From assembly GCA_903851135.1 (NCBI GenBank), contig CAINNK010000014.1, forward strand, positions 37,574 through 101,573: a DNA stretch of 64,000 nt, given 5' to 3'. The DNA comes from an uncultured bacterium (GTDB taxonomy: Bacteria; Patescibacteriota; Minisyncoccia; Moranbacterales; GWC2-37-73). The number at the start of each line of letters is the position of its first letter. Within the stretch, counting starts at the first letter, position 1. Below, piece by piece: positions 50,005 through 59,591 of the stretch. The notes under the pieces were generated by a model, which worked only from the letters and a program-made list of their open reading frames with translations, was not told the origin of the DNA and did no database searches. Made by a program: the position numbers and the translations under genes.

Positions 50005-50060
50005 ATTTATTGACTATATTAAGTGTACCATTTGATAAGGTTTCGTAAAGGAGCGCAATA

Positions 50061-51230
50061 TTAGCCCCTGTTGATCTTTCCGACGTTACTTGTTTCACGA
50101 TAAAGCTTGTAATATTCATCGGCAATGATATCCCAGCTGATTTTTTCCGCCAACTTGCGACTTTCCAGCGCCATATTTTTTTCCAACTCAGGATTCAAAA
50201 CCAATTTTTCAATTTTTTCCACCAAGTCATTGGAGTCTTTCATTCTCACAATTAGTCCGTTAACTCCATCTTTAATCAATTCCTTAGTGCCACCCGTATC
50301 CGTAGCCACAACCGGTAGGCCACAAGCCAAGGCTTCCAAGACAGTATTACTCATGCCTTCATTCAAAGATGGCAACACGAAAACATTGGCCTTTTGATAA
50401 TATTCAACAACCCTTTCATGAGCAACTCCACCCAAAAAAACAATCTTATCCTCAAGTCCCAAAGCCTGGACCAATTCTTCCAAGGATTTTTTTTCATTGC
50501 CATCCCCAACAATTAACATCCGCACATGCTCATAACGACCCTCAAGAATTTTAAAAGCTTGCACCAAAAAACGAATGCCCTTACGCGGAGTGACTCGCGA
50601 AACGCAAACGATGTGAAATTGATTGGGATTTAATTTCGAATGATCGGGAAAAAATTCCCGCACGTCAATGCCATTAAAGATGACTCTGATTTCTTTTTTG
50701 GGTAAAGTTTTCAATGCCAATTCCTTCAAACCCTGACTGTTGGCCACCACAAAATGAGCTTGGCTCCAAATTTTCTTTATGATTGGGGTGATGAATTGAT
50801 ACAAAAAAGTGAATCGCTCGCTATAGCCAGGGACATCACTGCCACGCAAAGAAACAATATAAGGAATTTTGAATTCCCATTTCAGCAAGAGCGAAACAAA
50901 ACCGCAAGGCACTGAAAAAAAAGAGTGCGAAAGGTCATAATGATTTTTCTTGGCCAGTTCTCGACCATATTTATAAGACTCCCAAGCATATTTGAGTAGT
51001 TCTTTTTTGGTTTGGTAGTGAATATTGGCTTGATTTTTGCCAATCGGCAAGCGATGAATCGTAACATTGTCCCCAAACACGGCATAATGAATTTCTTCAT
51101 CGACTGAGGCAGTCACAAAGTCAATTGTTACTTCCGGATTCTTCGCGTATTCGCGCAACAAATAATATGAAGCGTTGCCAGCACCTCCACCCAACGGCGG
51201 AAATTCATAATTGAAAAATAAGATTCTCAT
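50061..51230 (-). CDS. Glycosyltransferase family 4
   Basis: YEFPPLGGGAG, RKG, EGMSNTVLEALACGLPVV. Confidence 0.93.
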   Translation of the reverse strand: MRILFFNYEFPPLGGGAGNASYYLLREYAKNPEVTIDFVTASVDEEIHYAVFGDNVTIHRLPIGKNQANIHYQTKKELLKYAWESYKYGRELAKKNHYDLSHSFFSVPCGFVSLLLKWEFKIPYIVSLRGSDVPGYSERFTFLYQFITPIIKKIWSQAHFVVANSQGLKELALKTLPKKEIRVIFNGIDVREFFPDHSKLNPNQFHIVCVSRVTPRKGIRFLVQAFKILEGRYEHVRMLIVGDGNEKKSLEELVQALGLEDKIVFLGGVAHERVVEYYQKANVFVLPSLNEGMSNTVLEALACGLPVVATDTGGTKELIKDGVNGLIVRMKDSNDLVEKIEKLVLNPELEKNMALESRKLAEKISWDIIADEYYKLYRETSNVGKINRG

Positions 51231-51358
51231 AAGCCTACGAATTACAAATTTATACAAATGTACGAAAACTTGCAAATATACAAATTTATTAAAAACCTAT
51301 CTGCGAACTAATAAGCGTGAACTATGAACCATTTTGCATTTTTCTAAAAAGCTATGCC

Positions 51359-52684
51359 TTATCTTCCAATTGATTTATATTCAAAACCAAATTCTTTCAT
51401 TTTCCTTGGCTCATAGAGAAGCCGACCATCAAAAATCAGCGGGGTTTTCAAAAGTTTTTTGATTTGCTCAAAATCCGGCGTGCGAAATTCTTTCCATTCA
51501 GTGATTATCAGCATTGCATCAGCGCCAGATAGTGCTTCATATTTGTTTTCAAAATATGTGATGCTTGAATTATCACCAAAATATTCCAGAGTCCTGGCCA
51601 TCTTCATTGCTTCGGGATCATGCGCTTGAATTTTGGCCCCTCTAGCAATCAGTTCATTTAAAATCGTAATCGCTGAAGATTCGCGCATGTCATCAGTTCC
51701 TGCCTTGAAAGCCAAACCCCAGACTCCAAAAATCTTGCCGCTCAAATCCTTCCCGAGCTCATCAATTACCATTTGAGACAAAACAAATTTTTGTTTTTCA
51801 TTGGTCTTCAAAGTCTGCCTCAACATTTCAGCATCATAACCAAAATCCTTGGCCGTTTTAATCAAAGCTTTCACATCTTTCGGAAAGCAAGAACCGCCAA
51901 AACCAGGACCAGCATACATAAAAGGTTCACCAATTCGCGGATCGGCGCCCATCGCTTTGCGCACATTGTCAAAATCAGCTCCTGCTTTGGCGCAAATATT
52001 TGCCAAATCATTATTGACTGAAATCTTGGCGGCCAAAAAACAGTTCGAAGCATATTTGACGATTTCCGCAGTTTTAGCATCCATAGCAAAAAATCGGCCC
52101 TCGCGGCGCATAAAAGGTTCGTACAATTCGCGCATCATTTCAATAACTTTTGCATCATCCGCCCCAATCACAATGCGACTCGGTTCCAAAAAATCTTTAA
52201 CCGCAGTGCCTTGGGCCAAAAATTCCGGATTACTCACCACGTGAAAAGGAAGTTCAATTCCTCTTTTTTCAAGTTGCTCTTTGATGTTTTTTGACACCAA
52301 TTCGGCCGTACCAACCGGCACGGTTGATTTGTCGACAACAATAAGTTCGTGATCCATCATCTCTCCGATAGAAGTTGCCACTCCCAACACGTGACTTAGG
52401 TCAGCGCTGCCATCTTCATTAGGCGGCGTGCCTACGGCGATGAAAATGATGTCACTTTCTTTAAGCGCTTTTTCCAAATCAGTCGTAAAAATCAGGGTTT
52501 TGTTTTTCAAATTTCTAGCCACCAATTCATCCAAGCCTTTTTCGTGCAAGGGGACTTTGCCGGATTCAAATTGCTCAATTTTCTTTTGATCTTTGTCAAC
52601 GCAGATCACGGTGTTGCCCATTTCTGCGAAACAAGCGCCTGTGACAGATCCAACATAACCAGTGCCAATAACGCCAATTTTCAT
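51359..52684 (-). CDS. ugd: UDP-glucose 6-dehydrogenase
   Basis: GTGYVG, KSTVPVGT, SNPEFL, GFGGSCFPKD, TDDMRES. Confidence 0.95.
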   Translation of the reverse strand: MKIGVIGTGYVGSVTGACFAEMGNTVICVDKDQKKIEQFESGKVPLHEKGLDELVARNLKNKTLIFTTDLEKALKESDIIFIAVGTPPNEDGSADLSHVLGVATSIGEMMDHELIVVDKSTVPVGTAELVSKNIKEQLEKRGIELPFHVVSNPEFLAQGTAVKDFLEPSRIVIGADDAKVIEMMRELYEPFMRREGRFFAMDAKTAEIVKYASNCFLAAKISVNNDLANICAKAGADFDNVRKAMGADPRIGEPFMYAGPGFGGSCFPKDVKALIKTAKDFGYDAEMLRQTLKTNEKQKFVLSQMVIDELGKDLSGKIFGVWGLAFKAGTDDMRESSAITILNELIARGAKIQAHDPEAMKMARTLEYFGDNSSITYFENKYEALSGADAMLIITEWKEFRTPDFEQIKKLLKTPLIFDGRLLYEPRKMKEFGFEYKSIGR

Positions 52685-52735
52685 AAAAATAAATACGACC
52701 TATCCGACAATTTAGTCTTATATGTCCTATGTAAA

Positions 52736-53674
52736 TTAATTCTGAATAATTTCTTTAATATTGTAATTCATCTTTCCTTGTCCTTTGTAATAATTTTTCA
52801 GCATGATGTCAGCCAAAAGTCCAAACACGAAAAGTTGAATGCCCACCAGCACAAAAAACACGCCAACCAAGGGCCAATTGCGGGTTGCAATCGGATAGCC
52901 GAAAAAGATTTTTTCAATGCCCATCCAAATCAAAATCGCAAAACCCAAACCAGCAAAAACAATTCCCGTGCCACCAAAAAGATGCAGCGGCCGGTTGGAA
53001 TATTTTCGCCAAAACCAAATCGAAATCATGTCCACAAAACCTTTCATGGCTCGTTTCCAGTTGTATTTTGAAACTCCGGAAGTGCGATGATGATGACTGA
53101 CTTTCACTTCGCCCACGCTATAACCTTGCAATTCCAACAAAGCTGGAATAAAGCGATGCATCTCGCCGAACAAATCCATATCTTCAAAGCAAGTTCGACG
53201 ATAAGCTTTCAATGAACAACCACTGTCATGAATTTTGTCTTGAATCAAAATCTTACGCAAAAGATTGGCAGTGCGAGAAAAAATCTTTTTGCCTAAACTG
53301 TCTTTACGCTGCCAACGCCAGCCAGCCACCACGTCGAAACCTTCTTCGATTTTGGCTAGCAGTAATTTCATGTCAGCCGGATCATTTTGCAAATCGCCGT
53401 CCATCATGATGATAATTTCTCCTTGTGCTTGTTTGATGCCAGCATCAAAAGAAGCGGTCTGACCAAAGTTTTTGCGAAACTTGATCAAAGTCAATGGCGA
53501 CAAACCGGCACAATTTTTGACCGTCCCATCCTTGGAACCATCGTCGACAAAAATAATCTCAAAGGGTTTTCCAATTGCTTGGCAAGCTTTGAGAATGCGT
53601 TTGTGCAATTCCCGCACATTTCCTTCCTCATCATACAAAGGCACAACAACTGACAAATAAAGCTTTTCGCTCAT
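52736..53674 (-). CDS. GT2 polyprenol-phosphate glycosyltransferase (ArnC-like)
   Basis: VDDGSKD, RKNFGQT, DGDLQNDP, DSGCSLKAYR, GEMHRFIP. Confidence 0.92.
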   Translation of the reverse strand: MSEKLYLSVVVPLYDEEGNVRELHKRILKACQAIGKPFEIIFVDDGSKDGTVKNCAGLSPLTLIKFRKNFGQTASFDAGIKQAQGEIIIMMDGDLQNDPADMKLLLAKIEEGFDVVAGWRWQRKDSLGKKIFSRTANLLRKILIQDKIHDSGCSLKAYRRTCFEDMDLFGEMHRFIPALLELQGYSVGEVKVSHHHRTSGVSKYNWKRAMKGFVDMISIWFWRKYSNRPLHLFGGTGIVFAGLGFAILIWMGIEKIFFGYPIATRNWPLVGVFFVLVGIQLFVFGLLADIMLKNYYKGQGKMNYNIKEIIQN

Positions 53675-53781
53675 ATTCTTTAAAGCTAAACAAGTTAATT
53701 ACTGCTTTAATTTTAGCCAATTTCAAGCAAAAAAGCAATAAGCCTAAAAATTTCAAAATCCAAAGCCAAACTGACTTTGTC

Positions 53782-53809
53782 TTGACACAAATTTAAGAAC
53801 TGTTAAGAT
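53782..53809 (+). promoter_or_regulatory. Promoter of two-tRNA operon
   Basis: TTGACA-16-TAAGAT with TG extension; GTTCTTT boxA-like motif at 53828. Confidence 0.65.
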
Positions 53810-53844
53810 ATTCAAATGTCAAAAGCAGTTCTTTTTTTAATATC

Positions 53845-53918
53845 GTCCGTGTAGCTAAGTGGTAAAGCTCTAGACTTTGCAATCTAGGTAATCAGCGGTT
53901 CGAATCCGCTCACGGGCA
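53845..53918 (+). tRNA. Atypical tRNA with 8-nt anticodon loop (CTTTGCAA); identity undetermined
   Basis: Acceptor GTCCGTG/CACGGGC-A, D-arm GCT..GG..AGC, anticodon stem CTAGA/TCTAG, T-arm AGCGG-TTCGAAT-CCGCT. Confidence 0.75.
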
Positions 53919-53955
53919 CGCAGCTACTCAATGTAGTAGCTAGTTTTCCTTCCCC

Positions 53956-54030
53956 GGATGTGTAGCTCAGCTTGGTTAGAGCATTTGCCTGACAAGCAAA
54001 AGGTCAGAGGTTCAAATCCTCTCACATCCA
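53956..54030 (+). tRNA. tRNA-Val (GAC)
   Basis: GGATGTG/CACATCC-A acceptor, TTTGC-CTGACAA-GCAAA anticodon arm, TTCAAAT T-loop. Confidence 0.95.
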
Positions 54031-54033
54031 CGC

Positions 54034-54070
54034 AAGCCCATACTCATTAATAATGAGTATGGGCTTTTTT
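54034..54070 (+). terminator. Terminator of tRNA operon
   Basis: aagcccatactcatta-a-taatgagtatgggctttttt. Confidence 0.85.
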
Positions 54071-54188
54071 TATTTTTAAAATCTTATCTTTACGTTAACC
54101 TTGACAAAAGTCCTATTTTACCCTACTTTCAGGGTAGATCTTTTCATAAGTAATATATCAAAAAACTTAGTTTAAACGAGGATTAATC

Positions 54189-54800
54189 ATGACAAAAGGT
54201 TCAAAAGATCAGAATGGTTTTATACCAGGTGATTTTGTTATTTTTCATGATGAACAAAAAAAATCTTTTGCGATTGGAGTTGTTGCAAATAGAGAGGCAG
54301 CAGCTTTTTTGTCTGTTTTAGGCAGAATTACTTTGTATAATTACAATTACACAATCGTTCTTACACTAGGCTATTTTAGTTTAGAAAATCTAAAAGATAC
54401 TGAGTACTACAACTATGGCTCAATTTTTTCGGAAAGTGCCGGTGTTTGCAAATTTCCATTTTACGATGTTCTTCCGACTGAGAAACTTATAAAATGGGAC
54501 TTAAATAAAGATGATGATTCTAAAAATGATTTAACAGATTTTATTCATCATCAGCAAAATTCCTATAAAATGGAATCTCCCGCTGGAAAAATACTCAGAA
54601 GTATTTTTTGTTTATCTCCTGAAAAAGTAGAGACTATAGAGTTAGTTTCTCTTGTAACGCACTTAATTAAATGTAAAAACAACCCTGAACTTGAAGAACA
54701 TTTTTCTGCGGCATTTAAAATGAAATTTTCAGTATGGTGGGTTGCAGTTAGCCAAAAAAATCAAATGAAGCTTTGGGAACAGATGCCATTTTTAACCTGA
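54189..54800 (+). CDS. Hypothetical protein
   Basis: TTGACA-17-TACTTT promoter at 54101, GAGG SD, hairpin aggctacctt/aaggtagcct downstream. Confidence 0.65.
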   Translation: MTKGSKDQNGFIPGDFVIFHDEQKKSFAIGVVANREAAAFLSVLGRITLYNYNYTIVLTLGYFSLENLKDTEYYNYGSIFSESAGVCKFPFYDVLPTEKLIKWDLNKDDDSKNDLTDFIHHQQNSYKMESPAGKILRSIFCLSPEKVETIELVSLVTHLIKCKNNPELEEHFSAAFKMKFSVWWVAVSQKNQMKLWEQMPFLT

Positions 54801-54902
54801 TGTTTTTCTGATTAATTTTGAATCAAAATAGGCTACCTTCAAAAAAGGTAGCCTTATATTATTTTCACACCCATATATTAATTTATAGGTGTGACGATAT
54901 TT

Positions 54903-55613
54903 TTAGAATTTTATAAACCTTTCCCACTTTTCAAATAGTTTTTTGGTGGCAATGAGGTCGCCGACGTTATATTTGGCAATGTCGAGAAATCTTTTTTCTT
55001 TGAAGAGTTGACCGACTTGGTCGCCGGTGATGCCATCAACTTTGGGACTTTCAATGCCGAAAGCCCGAGCGAAAAGATGCAGGCTTCCCCTTCGGCGAAC
55101 GGCGCCATAAAAAGTGAGTTGATCAAGCAAATCAATATGTTTGGCATTTTTTGGTTGACTGGAAAGATAACGATTGGCCATCAAATTCTTAGTTGGCCTA
55201 ATGCCATGAATCGCACTTCTAATTAGCAAGAATGGTACATCAAAAGTGCGCCCGTTGAAACTGACAAATTCGTCATATTTTTGCGCCAAATTCCAAAATT
55301 GCTGGAGCATTTCTTTTTCCTGCAAAATTCTGAATTTAATGTTGTCTTCTTCACTGTCTGGAATTTCTGCCTCTGGCGCTTGAAAATAGACCGCGCCTTT
55401 GTCTTTTTCAACATCAAAAACCCCAATGACCACAATCTGACCAGTCAGAGGCGAAAAACCAAGTCCGGCCTTAACTTCCGAGAAAAGTTTGTCAGTTTCT
55501 TCTTGTGATTGAGCCTGTCTTTTGATCCAACTAGTTAAAGCCTGACGCGTGACTTCGTCCAGTGCATCAAAATCTTCGCCAATTGTTTCAATATCAAACA
55601 CAAGTTTACTCAT
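54903..55613 (-). CDS. Predicted 3'-5' exonuclease related to PolB exonuclease domain
   Basis: DIET (ExoI), FNGRTFDVPFL (ExoII), YNVGD (ExoIII). Confidence 0.9.
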   Translation of the reverse strand: MSKLVFDIETIGEDFDALDEVTRQALTSWIKRQAQSQEETDKLFSEVKAGLGFSPLTGQIVVIGVFDVEKDKGAVYFQAPEAEIPDSEEDNIKFRILQEKEMLQQFWNLAQKYDEFVSFNGRTFDVPFLLIRSAIHGIRPTKNLMANRYLSSQPKNAKHIDLLDQLTFYGAVRRRGSLHLFARAFGIESPKVDGITGDQVGQLFKEKRFLDIAKYNVGDLIATKKLFEKWERFIKF

Positions 55614-55677
55614 ATGCTTTCTATATAGCATACTTACGACTATTGTCCAAGAGCCAGTTACACGTTATGATTGAGAA

Positions 55678-56136
55678 ATGAAAATAACCATAAACAAAAT
55701 CAAAAAATTCTTTGTGCAATTTTTCACCCTCAATGACAGCGCCCACAACATTGCTGGTGGCATTGCTTTGGGTGTTTTTTTCGGTATTCTGCCAGGCGAA
55801 GGTGTTGGCACGACGCTTGTCACAGCTTCAATTTTCAAACTCAACCGAGCTGCAGCCACCATGGGAATTCTGGCCAGCAATATGTGGACCACTTTTTTGA
55901 CTTTGCCGCTGGCTGTTTTTATCGGCGGCGCTCTTTTTGGTCAAACCAAAAAATCTCTCTACGACCATTTCTATCAAACCTATCAACTTGGCTGGAAATA
56001 TTTTTTGAGTAAAGTTATTTTTTTTGATCTGGCTTTGCCTCTCATTGTTGGCTATCTGATAGTTTCCGTCGCCATCGCCCTGGCTTTTTATCTCGTCATT
56101 TTTGTCTTACTGAAATATTTCAAAGTGCAGCGATAA
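55678..56136 (+). CDS. DUF2062-family membrane protein
   Basis: SAHNIAGGIALGVFFGILP...LN...SN motif. Confidence 0.8.
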   Translation: MKITINKIKKFFVQFFTLNDSAHNIAGGIALGVFFGILPGEGVGTTLVTASIFKLNRAAATMGILASNMWTTFLTLPLAVFIGGALFGQTKKSLYDHFYQTYQLGWKYFLSKVIFFDLALPLIVGYLIVSVAIALAFYLVIFVLLKYFKVQR

Positions 56137-56249
56137 TTTTTTTTGCACCCAAGAAAAAAGGTTGACAAAAGTAATATTTTTCCCTAAAGTTAAACCAACT
56201 AAAATGCTCTTTTTTATCTAACTAGACACAGAAAATGGGAGGTATTAAA

Positions 56250-56492
56250 ATGCCGAAGAATCCAGTTAAGGAAATACTAACTAAAATCGAAATTACAATT
56301 TTCGGTTTATTGGCAGCAGCTGTTTCAACAACATGCATTTCGTCTTTTCTTTCGCCAGAAAGTGTGTCCAAATATATTATTATATCCAAGGAAAATTCAA
56401 TTTTGCGAATCTTCCTTGCAGCTTTATTTACGATTCTTACTTTTGCATGCTTTATTTTTATCTCTAAAGATATGCAGCAATCAGAAGAATAG
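56250..56492 (+). CDS. Small 2-TM hypothetical protein
   Basis: GGAGGT SD before ATG 56250; TTGACA-17-TAAAGT promoter at 56162; terminator 56509-56557. Confidence 0.6.
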   Translation: MPKNPVKEILTKIEITIFGLLAAAVSTTCISSFLSPESVSKYIIISKENSILRIFLAALFTILTFACFIFISKDMQQSEE

Positions 56493-56574
56493 TAACCGCT
56501 ATTATATACCTAACCATCTCTGTAAAATAATACAGAAAAAAGATGGTTAGGTTTTTTGTTTCAAAATTTTTTCA

Positions 56575-57267
56575 TTACTTTATCGTCGTCCCGACAAACT
56601 TTTGGCCATTGAGATATTTTTCAAAGTTGGCAATCTTTTTTCCATTAAGAATCACCACTTCAATGTCTTCTTTGGCTGCCAACTTGGAAGCAATCGGATC
56701 AAATGGCACGTTGGCACCTGGATCCCAAGTGTCGCCCACAATTTTCTGAAAATCAGCCCAATTAATTTCCTTGATTTTTTTGGCATCCGGATGTTTCTGC
56801 GGATTTTTGTCGCAAACATAGTCGATATTAGAAAGATTGGCAATTTTAGTTGCGCCAAATTGTTTGGCCAGCAGCACCGCGATATAGTCAGTTGAGTTGC
56901 CAGGCTTGTAACCAGCAGCCACCAAAATTGATTCCTTGGCTTTCAAAAAACTTTCTAGGTCATAAGGATTTTTGTTGATAATTGCGTGGGCATGTTCCCT
57001 GAAAATAGTTCGGATGAGATGAGCATTTAATCTTGAAGTATGGATACCAATCCAGTCCACATCATCACTGGTTAATTTCGTGACCTTCTTTGCGGCGGCT
57101 TGATATTTGCGACAAGTTCTTCCTCCGCCAGTAATGATAATGAAACGGAAACCTTTTTCAATTTGAGCTTCAATAGCTTTTTTAAATTGTTTGAGAAATT
57201 TCCAATCGACTTCCTCCGGCACAATCAATGATCCTCCTAATGAAATGATGATGGTTTTTTTGTTCAT
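56575..57267 (-). CDS. pyrH: UMP kinase (archaeal-type)
   Basis: SLGGS, GGG...R.YQ, D.IGI..SRLNA, PGNSTD, PFDP. Confidence 0.9.
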   Translation of the reverse strand: MNKKTIIISLGGSLIVPEEVDWKFLKQFKKAIEAQIEKGFRFIIITGGGRTCRKYQAAAKKVTKLTSDDVDWIGIHTSRLNAHLIRTIFREHAHAIINKNPYDLESFLKAKESILVAAGYKPGNSTDYIAVLLAKQFGATKIANLSNIDYVCDKNPQKHPDAKKIKEINWADFQKIVGDTWDPGANVPFDPIASKLAAKEDIEVVILNGKKIANFEKYLNGQKFVGTTIK

Positions 57268-57278
57268 TGTTATATTTA

Positions 57279-57713
57279 TTAATTTGAATTAATTTTCTTA
57301 GCAATTTCTTGTAAAATATTTTCTTGCTTGTGAAGTTCTTGTAAAATCAGCTTAATTTCGTTTTCTGCCTTTTGGTCAACTTCAAAATCATACTGCGTTC
57401 TTTTCTCAGCTGCCTTGCCTTGCAAATTTTGTCCGATGAGCAAAAGTGGCATCAGAAAAATCTGCAGCATGTTAGAAATAAAGAGCCACAAAATGAAACC
57501 TGGATATGGATCGAAGCGAAAATTTTGCGGTCCCAGAATGTTCCAACCCAGCCACAAAACCGTCCAACTGAAAATCACAAAGAAAAAACCCATTGTTCCA
57601 ACATGATTTGTGATAAATAAAGCCAAGCGATCAAGCTTGCTTAATTTATGTTCATGTTTAGCCTTAATCTCCTGCACATTTTTCAATAATTCTTGTTTCA
57701 TATTATTTTCCAT
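57279..57713 (-). CDS. DUF1003-family membrane protein
   Basis: W..WN...FDPYP...PLLLIGQN motif. Confidence 0.85.
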   Translation of the reverse strand: MENNMKQELLKNVQEIKAKHEHKLSKLDRLALFITNHVGTMGFFFVIFSWTVLWLGWNILGPQNFRFDPYPGFILWLFISNMLQIFLMPLLLIGQNLQGKAAEKRTQYDFEVDQKAENEIKLILQELHKQENILQEIAKKINSN

Positions 57714-57763
57714 GGAATTTTATTTGTAGATTCGTAGCTAATTCGTAGATTTGTGGGGATTTT

Positions 57764-58084
57764 TTATTTGATATATTCATCTGCCTTAGCTTTGGTTTGG
57801 TGAAGCTTGGCCAAAGTGTTTTCCATTTCTTCTTTGATGTTCAAAAACATTTCCAAACCTTGCTGTAACTTGGCGATGTCATTTTGATATTTGGCGATGA
57901 TTTCTTCATCTTTGGTGTCACTTCCCTCTTGCATTTTTCTTTCTTTTTCCAGAAGCTCCTCGCCCAATTTCAAAAAATTTTCAATCTCGGCAATTTCCAT
58001 GCCAATTTGAATCAGATTAGTCTGCAAATGCTCTTCAATTTCCTCAAAGGATTTTACCTCATCTTTTACTTTTTCATCAATCAT
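57764..58084 (-). CDS. Hypothetical coiled-coil protein
   Basis: E/K/Q-rich helical ORF. Confidence 0.65.
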   Translation of the reverse strand: MIDEKVKDEVKSFEEIEEHLQTNLIQIGMEIAEIENFLKLGEELLEKERKMQEGSDTKDEEIIAKYQNDIAKLQQGLEMFLNIKEEMENTLAKLHQTKAKADEYIK

Positions 58085-58197
58085 AGTTTTGCGGTAGTTA
58101 TTTCTTTAATTTAAATGATTAGAATATTTTTAACTTTATTTTATTTTGAAATTTTTAGCAATTTCTCAACCGCTATTGGCAACTCAGTTTCTTCGTC

Positions 58198-58611
58198 TCA
58201 CTTGCATTTGCTCTCCGTCCTCCCTTGTCCCAATGCTTCTTCGGCGCTTTTGAAGCAGACCACATTTTCAGGCTTGATACGTTTGGCATAGGAACAGGTT
58301 GGCAAATAGAATTTGTTGGAATTTCGGCTGCCGACGAAAGCGCACGATAAGGTGTTAGCTTTTAGGTTTTGGCTTTTAGCGACTGAATTTATGCTTGTTG
58401 AACTCGCAGGAGGCTCATTTTGGGCTATTTGATCTAATGTTGGTGTCTGCGTAGGCTTTTCGATTACCAGGGGCTTTTGCTGCCATTTTTGGCCTTGCAA
58501 CACCCCAAATTCGAAAGAAACGGCTGAAATAAGGCAAAAAGCCACAATCAGCACGATTTTTTGCTCGTATTTAAGGAAAAATTCTTTGATTTTGAGAAAT
58601 ATTGAAGGCAT
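58198..58611 (-). CDS. Membrane-anchored protein with Ada metal-binding-like C-terminal domain
   Basis: TM, then FVGSRNSNKFYLPTC..AKRIKPEN..CF.S.EEA...G. Confidence 0.75.
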   Translation of the reverse strand: MPSIFLKIKEFFLKYEQKIVLIVAFCLISAVSFEFGVLQGQKWQQKPLVIEKPTQTPTLDQIAQNEPPASSTSINSVAKSQNLKANTLSCAFVGSRNSNKFYLPTCSYAKRIKPENVVCFKSAEEALGQGRTESKCK

Positions 58612-58666
58612 AAAAATAAACTACTTGTTTAAATGCTTAAATGTTTATATGCTTATATGAATTTAT

Positions 58667-59039
58667 TGACAATCTATCTAATTCTGTTAGAATAACCTTT
58701 GTAACACTGAGTGATTGAAAATGAATTTTGAGGCACCATGCGCACGGTGCACATCGCTGCCAAGCGATATTGAAAAACATTTTCTTTCATAGCGACCCCC
58801 GCAACCTTTTTATCATTATATTATATTTATGGATATAAGAAAAATGAGGAAAGTTTTTGCGGACAAATTATATTTAGGTTATGGCATCCCAGCACCAGAT
58901 TCCGAAAATTACTTTGTGTAATTTTCTGTTCGTGACGCGGGAAACGCCTACGGCTTAGATTTTTAAAATTTAACACTTACTGCACGAATCGGTGCGGGAC
59001 GCTCATATTTTTAGCTCCTCGCTCCGCTCGTAGAAAAAT
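58667..59039 (+). promoter_or_regulatory. rpmA promoter and ~340-nt structured leader
   Basis: TTGACA-16-TAGAAT at 58667, then several consecutive stem-loops up to the ATG. Confidence 0.55.
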
Positions 59040-59498
59040 ATGGCGCATCGTAAAGCTGGTGGATCTACCTCCCTTGGTCGAGATTCACGTTCGCAAAGAC
59101 TTGGAGTCAAGATCTTTGGAAATCAAAAAGTTAAAACTGGAAACATCATCATCCGACAACGCGGAACCAAATGGCACGTTGGAAAAAATGTGAAGCGTTG
59201 CAATGATGACACCTTGATGGCATTGGTTGATGGAACGGTGGTGTTCTCATCCAAAAAAGTTCGCAGCTTCACTGGACAACTGGTGACTCGCAAATATGTT
59301 AGCGTGGTCAAATCTGACACTCCAGTGGTGCTTAAACCGAAAAAAGTTGTGCTCAATCGTGTGACTTCTGCTCGCAAACTTCATCCAGGCAACAAACCTG
59401 GCAAACGAAGTGGAGCCAAGAAAGTTGCTCGCAAACCAAACATGCGCAAAACAGTTCGCAAGCATTTGGTTGCTAGAGAAGCAAAGAAGAACAAATAA
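59040..59498 (+). CDS. rpmA: 50S ribosomal protein L27 with basic C-terminal extension
   Basis: [33 protein letters not shown] motifs. Confidence 0.96.
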   Translation: MAHRKAGGSTSLGRDSRSQRLGVKIFGNQKVKTGNIIIRQRGTKWHVGKNVKRCNDDTLMALVDGTVVFSSKKVRSFTGQLVTRKYVSVVKSDTPVVLKPKKVVLNRVTSARKLHPGNKPGKRSGAKKVARKPNMRKTVRKHLVAREAKKNK

Positions 59499-59555
59499 TT
59501 TTTCTACGGATATATACGGATTGATGACGGATTTTCACGAATCACGGATCAATCT

Positions 59556-59590
59556 AAAAAAAGAAACTTCGAGAGAAGTTTCTTTTTTTG
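59556..59590. terminator. Bidirectional terminator
   Basis: aaaaaaagaaacttc-gaga-gaagtttcttttttt between convergent genes. Confidence 0.8.
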
Positions 59591-59591
59591 T

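Noticed and set aside
58845-58960. RNase P RNA (GAGGAAAG and CGGCTTA motifs present)
   Set aside because: Motifs are only ~100 nt apart, P4 pairing is poor (AAGTTTT instead of AAGTCCG) and both lie inside local hairpins
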